Assembly (NCBI GenBank): GCA_024626585.2
Contig: JANKJI020000002.1
Coordinates: 212,716,450-212,738,301 of the forward strand
Origin: Ginkgo biloba
Taxonomy: Eukaryota > Plantae > Ginkgophyta
Length of the DNA stretch: 21,852 nucleotides
Reading direction: 5' to 3'
Shown: positions 12,984 through 21,356 of the stretch, piece after piece
Numbering within the stretch: the first letter of the stretch is position 1
Layout: each line of letters opens with the position of its first letter
Position numbers and translations under genes: made by a program
Notes under the pieces: generated by a model
Told to the model about the DNA's origin: nothing
What the model saw: only the letters and a program-made list of their open reading frames with translations
Database searches by the model: none

Positions 12984-13277
12984 CTAAGTAGTGGAAAAAC
13001 TTATTCAATGCAAAAATTTCAGCCAAGAACTCTTCCTTACTAATAGTATAATGCAACTTTGTACTACTTAGGCTCTTAAAAAATGAAGTAAATTGCATAC
13101 TCTAATTTACCATCCTTTTGTCCTAGTATATCTCTCAAACTAGTGTTAGATGCATTAGTGTGGACATGAAAAGGACATGGTCCATGTAGAATTGGTGGTG
13201 TGCTTAGTCTACTCTTCAACTCCTTGAAAGCTTCTTCACATTTGTCACTCCATTCTAATTTAGCATCTTTTTCCAAA
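12984..13277 (-). mobile_element. Ty3/gypsy RT-connection/RNaseH fragment
   Basis: LEKDAKLEWSDKCEEAFKELKSRLSTPPILHGP-CPFHVHTNASNTSLRDILGQKDGKLEYAIYFI..HYTISKEEFLAEIFALNKFFHYL matches the gypsy W..CEEAF..LK..L..P.L / F.VHTDAS / YT..EKE.LA..A..KF.HY motifs, with catalytic D to N. Confidence 0.9.
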
Positions 13278-14099
13278 NNNNNNNNNNNNNNNNNNNNNNN
13301 NNNNNNNNNNNNNNNNNNNNNNNNNNNNNNNNNNNNNNNNNNNNNNNNNNNNNNNNNNNNNNNNNNNNNNNNNNNNNACATGTGTAATGACATACTTTTC
13401 CCCTAATTATACACTTATACAATTGTAAAAATGCAGATCGCCATTTGATCAACCCCTGTAAGGGTAGCGTCGACCTCTCATCAAGGCATGTAGTGGTAAG
13501 GGAAATGTGCATTTTGTGGGGCGAAAATGCCAAATGCTTAATAATCAATGAGTAGAATGCAACATTGTTGGGGAGCCTACATAGTTTCGTGGAGCTAAGT
13601 AAGGCACTCTAGCTTTGCTGATCATTAAGTTGGGTGGAGACATCACTCGAGCCATTGGAGAATTCCTCAAGTCACCGGGACCATGGACCTCAACAAATGC
13701 TTGGTACGTATCTTTTAAGCCATGCTAGAATGTGGGAGCCCAATCAACTTGAGAAAATAAAATAAAAATTATTTGCCATCTTATTCAGTGCCACCACTGA
13801 AATCATACATGACAATCACACCACATCACTGGTGGTCTTCTCGTAACTTATTTAAGGTATGAATGTCCATGTGGACATTACTATACACTCTACAAATCTC
13901 CATATCAAACAAAACACCTAAACCTTCAATTGGATAGAGAAAGTGGACTTGTAAAGACATTGGATAAAGGCAATAACAAAAAATGCCGAAAGTGTAGCTC
14001 CGAATATAATTCTATATTCTAAGCTCAATAAAAGCAACTTTCAAAGAAAAAAGGGTAAGAAAAAGGAGGGATGTTTCCAGAAAAAGAAGGGCTAAAATC

Positions 14100-14548
14100 T
14101 TGTTACCCTGCCGTTAACTATACCTAGAATGCTTGTGATCGCGTTAACGTCATCCGTGCTCCGATTAGCCTCCGTTGCCGGGTTCTTCAAGTACCAAAAT
14201 TACTTTTATCGGTATCAAGTTCTCACACCTTTGTAATGTAAAGCCTCTTACAATCTCCGCCGTTGGTGGCACAAAAGATAACCGTGAGTTAGCACACACC
14301 TGGCCCATTCAAGGTGCCCCTGTTAACCCGAGGTTTGTCTCCATCAGTTTAACAAACGGAGGACTAACGGCGTCTGCGTAGGGTCTTCACTGCATCTTTG
14401 TTTTTGTGTTTGTTTGTTGGCAGATGAAAAGATATTGTCTCTTTATGCTGTTTTTCGCTTGTTTTTTCTCTTCGTCTGCATTTTTGTTGTTAGAAGTGGC
14501 GAGGCAGTCTGCATTTTGAAGGTCTTTAGGGTAATTCTGGCCGCCAAG
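14100..14548 (+). promoter_or_regulatory. RAD23 proximal promoter / 5' leader, CpG-rich
   Basis: Abrupt rise in CG dinucleotides relative to the upstream TE DNA. Contains GGCCCA (site II, TGGGCC on minus) at 14302-14307 and five AACGG/CCGTT cores. TSS not determinable. Confidence 0.65.
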
Positions 14549-14614
14549 ATGAAGATTTGCATCAAGACTTTGAAGGGTAACAACTTCGACATCNNNNNNN
14601 NNCCCACTGATACA
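14549..14614 (+). CDS. RAD23: RAD23 family ubiquitin receptor, coding exon 1 (UBL N-terminus)
   Basis: ATG in good context (gccaagATGaag) encodes MKICIKTLKGNNFDIxxxPTDT, followed by donor ACA|GTAAGT at 14615. It matches plant RAD23 MK(I/L)xVKTLKGxxFEIxVxPxDT, with a 66-nt phase-0 first coding exon. The 9 Ns at 14594-14602 keep the frame. Confidence 0.93.
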
Positions 14615-14999
14615 GTAAGTTTTTTAATTTTTTTTTTCATTTGGTATTCATTTCTATGGAATTAGGGCATCATATAAATTTACAAAATTTAGGGATTTGT
14701 TCACATTTTTATGTCTATTCACACTAGTAACATTTGCAAATTATTTTTTGTGCCACCTTGAACAGACTGTTATGTCACGGGGAAATTTCTGTAGAAGTGT
14801 CTTAGATTTGTTCTTGCATACTGAAGGAATATGCATGGGAGCAAATCTTATTTAATATAGGCGACTGATCTATTTTCAAACAAATAGTCGTTTTGCAAAC
14901 TAGTTTAGGCAAATCCGTTCTCTCGTCGAATTATGGCCATTTCTGTTGTGCCAAACTAAATTTCAGTGTGTGCGAGTTGACTAGATAGAGTAGACTTAA

Positions 15000-15150
15000 T
15001 TTTGATTCAGTGTTGAGGGTTGGAAGGTTCCCGCCTGTGGTCATTGGTTCAAATCCCATGCGTTTTTACTGCATGCATTCCCAAAAGGTAGGCTTGCCCT
15101 AACACTTCTCTAGATTGCCCGGCATAGGCATTCTGCGGTTGTTTTATCTT
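15000..15150 (+). mobile_element. Degenerate tRNA-derived SINE-like element (Au-like?) in RAD23 intron 1
   Basis: B-box GGTTCAAATCC at 15046-15056 and A-box-like TGATTCAGTGT at 15003, 43 nt apart (tRNA-like spacing). T-arm cattgg-ttcaaat-cccatg. No clear TSD or tail. Confidence 0.45.
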
Positions 15151-16101
15151 AGGGTACTCCGGCTTGACGTGGTTACCCAACGCCAGATGCGTAAATATGA
15201 AGCACCACGGCTGGAATTTGTTGTAGCGTCATAGTTTGCGTGAATAGGCTCGATGTTTAGGTGTGAAACTTTTGTTGACATTTTTGCGTGTAAAATTGAT
15301 TTCGTGGGGAGATTTTTGGGTTTGTTGGTTGTTTATACTGTCCTGTTCCTTAAATATGAGGAATATTGGGCAACATCAGAATGGAGATTGGCACTATTAC
15401 GTTCCTTCTGAGTCCTTATTGTGTGTGTTTTGGATGTTGCTTTACTGAACAGAATTACTGTCAGTGAAACTAATTTGAACCAGGTTATCTGTTGCTTGTA
15501 CTTGTGCATTGCTTGTTACTAGTGACTCAAAACAAATATAAATCTGTCCAGTTTCCAACCACCTTCATTCACCTTTAAGGTAAGTTACTCTTGGCAAATT
15601 AATGCTATGCGGGAATATAAGCTCATTTGCAAACTGGTGATTTTGTAAGGGCAAATTTCATAACTTTGTAGATTAGAAGGATTAAAGTATTTAATGCAAT
15701 AACAATTTAGATGAAACTTAATCTCATTCTTGTATAAACCTAACATGCAATTAGAAGGCCTTTCCATTAAGGTATATCCACTAAAAGTCTTCCATTTATT
15801 CATGCGACTTCTTGCTGCATTATGTTAAGAATTACTATTAAGGAGAAACAATCAGTTGATTTCCATCCTTTTTGTTGTTTCTGAAAAGCACTTTGTATAA
15901 TGTCTGCATGNNNNNNNNNNNNNNNNNNNNNNNNNNNNNNNNNNNNNNNNNNNNNNCCACGGTTAAATTCTTTTGGTGAGCTCTTTGTTATAACTTTGCT
16001 GTGTGCACAACTACTTCATAACTCCAACAAACCTGTTAATGCACAATGACCAGAAGCTAGTTAATATTCAACCTTCTATGTTTGATAAAAGAAATATTTA
16101 A

Positions 16102-16190
16102 CCTCATATTGTCATGTTAATCCAGTGAGCTCCTCATGTTGTATGTTAATCTTATGAGCACCTTTGGTTGTCATGTCAAGCCAATGAGCA
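16102..16190. repeat. ~30 bp tandem repeat x3 in intron 1
   Basis: cctcatattgtcatgttaatccagtgagct / cctcatgttgtatgttaatcttatgagca / cctttggttgtcatgtcaagccaatgagca. Confidence 0.8.
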
Positions 16191-16994
16191 TGCGAATGTC
16201 AGTCTTCCTTGTTCGTGTGCTACTTTCTTGCTCTGATTGATCAGAGAAATATGAGACCTCATTCTATTGTCCTGCCTAGTAATAACTGAACTTTGTCAGC
16301 CTCGTGTAAGTGTTCATCGCTTATTCTGATTGATATGTGTGTGGAGACAAATTATTTTGATTTTGCTTTGTTGAAGCTGGTTCTGATAAATTCAATTCGG
16401 GCACAAACTATCTGCTGCATTTATCAGCTGTTGGAAGCCATTTAAGAAGCATGTATTTCGCTTTGGCATGCAACTTTGATGTTTGCTGTCTTGAGGGCTT
16501 CTGTGAAGGAAACATGGTGTTCAATACCTTGTTGTCACACAGGACACACCCATACTAGTTAAAGTTATATACTATGAAGCAGAGTGGCAGGGAAACAATG
16601 CCTTTGCTCGTTTTGAATATGTGAAAGTGGGGTGTACCTTTATCCTACCATGTGAGCTATCTTGTTTAGGCCATTACAGATCATTATGTAGCAGTTTTGA
16701 TAACCTTGACAATTTTGTGTTGCAGTAAAATTTTTCACATATATTTATTTATGGACTGGTTGACCTAATGTTATCCAAGGCAGTGCTTGTATTGTTTTTC
16801 AACTATGTTTTCTGTGGCATTAGCTTCCCTTTTGTTATAGCAATTTGTATGCTTGTCCTTGTTTGCATATAAACATATAATGTGTTTTTGCTTGNNNNNN
16901 NNNNTATTCCCTTTATTTGATTCTTGCTACACATGCCAAATCATGTATGTGCCATTGTATATATTTTGGAATTAAGAGACCTCTTGTTTTGCAG

Positions 16995-17156
16995 GTTATT
17001 GCTGTCAAAAAGCAAATAGAACAAAATAAAGGCATACAGACTTATCCATGCGAACAACAGCTATTGATTTTTCAGGGGAAGGTGCTGAAGGATGATACTA
17101 CAATGGACGACAACAAAGTTACTGAGAATTCTTTTCTCGTTGTTATGCTATCTAAG
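16995..17156 (+). CDS. RAD23: RAD23 family ubiquitin receptor, coding exon 2 (rest of UBL domain)
   Basis: Acceptor ctcttgttttgcAG| precedes 162 nt encoding VIAVKKQIEQNKGIQTYPCEQQLLIFQGKVLKDDTTMDDNKVTENSFLVVMLSK, then donor AAG|GTATAC at 17157. It joins exon 1 in phase 0 and carries the typical plant RAD23 motifs QQxLIxxGKVLKD and FLVVMLSK. Confidence 0.95.
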
Positions 17157-17429
17157 GTATACATTCATCTTAATATGCTTTGAGGGGTTGGCAAAACTAT
17201 TATCTTCCATACCATTTTGAATATTGATGATAAAGTCTTCTGTTATTTGTGGGCAAAATGGGACACTTAGATGTTGAGATAAAGGAACCCTTGTCTAGTT
17301 TTGTGTAAATAGTGTCCATGGGGGAGGTCGTGTGTGTAAATCCCTAGAAAGATCCACATGCAAGGACTGATGTATAATACCTGGATAGATATGAAAAAGA
17401 AACAAGCATTAAAAGAATCTTTGCATTTT

Positions 17430-17538
17430 GGTCCTAACCCCCTTCATGTAACCAATTGTTAGAGAGTTTTCCTTGAGATGGCTTCATGTATAGCCATTTG
17501 TATTAGCTGTTTTTCCTTATAACTTAAAAAAAAAAAAA
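17430..17538 (+). mobile_element. Probable LINE 3' end with poly(A)13 in intron 2
   Basis: gagagttttccttgagatggcttcatgtatagccatttgta...ataactt followed by A13 (17526-17538). Confidence 0.45.
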
Positions 17539-17853
17539 TCTCTTTTCATTTAACCTCTTTTAAATTCATCTTTTGCAACAGCTAGTTCGTTGGCTGTAAT
17601 CTCTAATGTAGAAGCTAAGGAGGCCACTTATTGAAGGCTTAGACCTGAGCCCCCTTCTAAAGGAAAAGAAGTTGGTCTCCCACCAAGTTGGAACAATACC
17701 AGGGTAGTATCCACTTGGAGAATGCACCCCAAGTAGAGCAACACAAGACGATGGGCTCTTCATTTGCACATTTTCCATACTTGGAGGAGGAACTTTCTCT
17801 GGATGTCTTGTTTGAGGAGGAATAATTTGTAAATGATAAAGACTTCAATCCGC

Positions 17854-18030
17854 CTTCTAAGTATTAGGTCCCATTGTTTTTGGCACCATGGGAGGTTGAC
17901 TCCCCATTCTTGTCCCAACAACATCCTCAATTTGTTTTGAGCATCATCTATCATCTTGTTGTTTGATGTTACATCCAACTTCTAAGCATTAGGTCCCATT
18001 GGTTTCTCTACCACCAAAGTCTGACTCCCC
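17854..18030. repeat. Imperfect ~52 bp direct repeat, 125 bp period
   Basis: cttctaagYattaggtcccattg.....tgactcccc at 17854-17905 and 17979-18030. Confidence 0.8.
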
Positions 18031-21000
18031 CATCTCGGCCTAGCGTCGTTTGCGATCTCCTTGTCAACTCAACAAAAAATATCAAGGGAATTTTTCACGT
18101 CTTTATACTTTCCATTGTAAAGGAAGTGTTTTGATGCTTGTGCAATTGGACTAGGAGCTTGCTTAGGTGGAGTCAACAAGATTTTACAATACATTTTTTG
18201 TTAGAAAACTCTACTTTGTTGTTGCCTACATCATCTTCCTCACCATTCTTGTTGATTACTTTGTCTTCCTCATCTACTTCATCACCCCTTGAAATGAGTG
18301 ACTTCTTCCCACCGCCTTTCTCTTACTATGTTGTTTTAACATCGCCCATGCATAAATGGAANNNNNNNNNNNNNNNNNNNNNNNNNNNNNNNNNNNNNNN
18401 NNNNNNNNNNNNNNNNNNNNNNNNNNNNNNNNNNNNNNNNNNNNNNNNNNNNNNNNNNNNNNNNNNNNNNNNNNNNNNNNNNNNNNNNNNNNNNNNNNNN
18501 NNNNNNNNNNNNNNNNNNNNNNNNNNNNNNNNNNNNNNNNNNNNNNNNNNNNNNNNNNNNNNNNNNNNNNNNNNNNNNNNNNNNNNNNNNNNNNNNNNNN
18601 NNNNNNNNNNNNNNNNNNNNNNNNNNNNNNNNNNNNNNNNNNNNNNNNNNNNNNNNNNNNNNNNNNNNNNNNNNNNNNNNNNNNNNNNNNNNNNNNNNNN
18701 NNNNNNNNNNNNNNNNNNNNNNNNNNNNNNNNNNNNNNNNNNNNNNNNNNNNNNNNNNNNNNNNNNNNNNNNNNNNNNNNNNNNNNNNNNNNNNNNNNNN
18801 NNNNNNNNNNNNNNNNNNNNNNNNNNNNNNNNNNNNNNNNNNNNNNNNNNNNNNNNNNNNNNNNNNNNNNNNNNNNNNNNNNNNNNNNNNNNNNNNNNNN
18901 NNNNNNNNNNNNNNNNNNNNNNNNNNNNNNNNNNNNNNNNNNNNNNNNNNNNNNNNNNNNNNNNNNNNNNNNNNNNNNNNNNNNNNNNNNNNNNNNNNNN
19001 NNNNNNNNNNNNNNNNNNNNNNNNNNNNNNNNNNNNNNNNNNNNNNNNNNNNNNNNNNNNNNNNNNNNNNNGCAATGCAAACAGTTGCTGGAAATTAGTA
19101 GGCTCCATTGAAATCCATTTGCCGCACATCCACAACTCCCTAATCTGCACATTAAACTTGTTGACTGTACTTTTTCCCTACTATGATCGAGAAATTTGTG
19201 TAATATCAAGATGGTCTATCTATAAGATCCCTATATCCAACTACAAATCTTACCCTTTTTTTTTTTTTTTTTTTCATAAAAACAATCACATCATTAAGAC
19301 ATAAAGAAACAAAATATTCCATTAATTCCACAAAAAATGCAAGGATTCGAAAACATCATAACTCACCTATGATTAGGGATCCTTGGTCGGTTCTCTTCGA
19401 TTACATTCATGAATACACGTTTATATGTTTTTTCACAATAGTTAGAGAGTTAAGGTCACTAATCAACTAGCAATTGACCACCCTCGATAACTTTTACATT
19501 ACATTGGCATTAAAACATTACACATACAACATCTTTCCACATTATTTTTGACACAAAATAATACGTCGCATAAAATAACATGTCATATTTCTTTCTTACA
19601 TCTATTCTACCACCCCTTTGATAGCATGCAACTTAGGAATGTTATTGTTGTCACACAGGTGCCATGTACTATTGTTGATGTTGCTAGCGTATGAATGATT
19701 TGCCTCATACTTGATCCCAATTGTTGACAAGTATCTTGATCGTTGACATTTTCCCACAATTATTACGAACTTATGCATGGTTGCTAAATGTGAATATCAC
19801 TATCCAATAGCAAAATGTGTTGCCTCTATTTAGCCCAAACAAGGATGTAGATTCATTGATAGGCAAATCAACCTGATCTTCCTTAAACAAAACCTCAGTT
19901 TTCTACAAGAAGGTTGATGATTGAATTGTGAAATGTTGGAATGGCTGTACTAGGGTTTTGACTATCTATGTATATGATTGTTAGAACTCTATCATTATTT
20001 ATTTTTCTTAGTTTTAGCATTATATATCAATTATATTATAGTTTATTTATCTTTTATAGGAAACATATTATATTTTAGGAGGATATTATAGTAGGTAAAT
20101 ATAACATTTATTCTCATTATAGTCAAGGAAGTTTACTTTTGAATTTGTTGCAATTATTTTTTAAAGCTTCCAGTGAGATATTACCGCATCATCATAAAGG
20201 ATAACCAATGTCATTAGGATGTTGACCAATACCTTTATTTTCATATAGTAAAATTTCTATGTTATTGTATTTAATTATTTTTTTTAATAAAGAATTCTAT
20301 TTTTTATTCTATATTCAAATTTTCACTTAAGATCATGAAATCAATTGTAATATAGTTATAGTGGACTACTAGATATTTGAGTTTCTTAAATTTAACTATT
20401 ATGGCTTATGCACATTCACAATGAGTCCAAACTAAAAGCGTAACTCTTTTAATACATGTAAATATTTAAGGGGGTTTGTAATGATTTGAGAAAACATGAC
20501 TAATATAGTAAGAGATTAACGATTGAGTTCATGAGTTAAATTCCCATGCATGCTTCCTCTTCCACACATTATTCGATTTGGTTGATAACCATATTTAGTA
20601 TAGATCCAATTATTATTAAATATTAAACTAACTATAATTAAGTATTCAAAATAAANNNNNNNNNNNNNNNNNNNNNNNNNNNNNNNNNNNNNNNNNNNNN
20701 NNNNNNNNNNNNNNNNNNNNNNNNNNNNNNNNNNNNNNNNNNNNNNNNNNNNNNNGCCACATACACATTGTAATCAAATCCTCAATATTTGGAGTTTGCT
20801 CTGTACAATTTTCCATGTTGGATTTTTTCTCCTGGTTTCAGTTAGTAGGTATTTGCTCATACGCTGTTCCATCGGTCACTTCTAATTTTTCATCCTGCTT
20901 TGGGTTGTAGCACGTTAACTCCGAGTCTTCTTTTTGGATTTTTGGGTTGTGCTCTTCGTATTTGCTATTTCTGGATGAGGGCGTGGTTATTTGCTAGGGT

Positions 21001-21356
21001 GGTTTCCTTTGATGATGTGCTGACATGGTTGCTTTTGTCTTGGGAAGATTCAATATTTGCATGAAGGGACATGCATTTTAAGCTTTTTGCTCTTGGTGTG
21101 ATGTTTACATCGACTACTTCTGGAGTTGGGTTGTCCTTCTGCTTAGTGCCTGTTTAACGTTTATATATATGTTTAAGTTCTATTGCCATGGTTTTTGGCA
21201 GCGTCCTTCTGCCCTGCTCCTCCCCTTTTGTCTAACGAGCAATCCTCTCGGCACAGGATCCTGGCTTTATTGGCTTAACCTTCTGTTGACCCCATTGTAG
21301 CATCAAGAGGAAATTTTGTACCTTTCCTTTGAAATTCAGAGTAAGGAACATGCCGG

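Larger units (their letters stand above)
14615..16994 (+). other. RAD23: RAD23 intron 1 (GT-AG, 2380 nt incl. Ns)
   Basis: Canonical GTAAGT...TTGCAG boundaries between two in-phase UBL exons; T/G-rich. Confidence 0.9.

Noticed and set aside
14229-14243. SOG1/NAC CTT-N7-AAG site in the promoter
   Set aside because: The spacer is 9 nt, not 7.
14175-14381. 68-aa ORF in the promoter
   Set aside because: TTG start, no recognisable homology, explained by locally higher GC.
15000-15062. Functional tRNA gene
   Set aside because: No acceptor stem or sound anticodon arm can be formed. Only the B-box and T-arm are good.
16102-16190. CRISPR-like appearance of ~30-bp repeats (also 7754-7844, 1613-1688)
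   Set aside because: Head-to-tail degenerate copies without unique spacers, no cas genes, eukaryotic context.
16231-16246. Hairpin ctctgat-tg-atcagag as a snoRNA or miRNA element
   Set aside because: A 7-bp stem only, with no properly placed box C/D pair or long fold-back. Expected by chance.
16917-16994. N-terminal part of ORF 16917-17183 (MILATHAKSC...)
   Set aside because: Intronic read-through upstream of the AG acceptor at 16993-16994. Only 16995-17156 is RAD23-like.
17564-17600. Acceptor-like ttcatcttttgcaacAG as RAD23 exon 3
   Set aside because: The phase-0 continuation hits a stop after five codons (LVRWL*) and has no RAD23 linker similarity.
18138-19304. Long ORFs (251-388 aa) in the ORF track
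   Set aside because: Artefacts of the ~710-N gap. The same applies to other X-filled ORFs (991, 3820, 10444, 11707 etc.).
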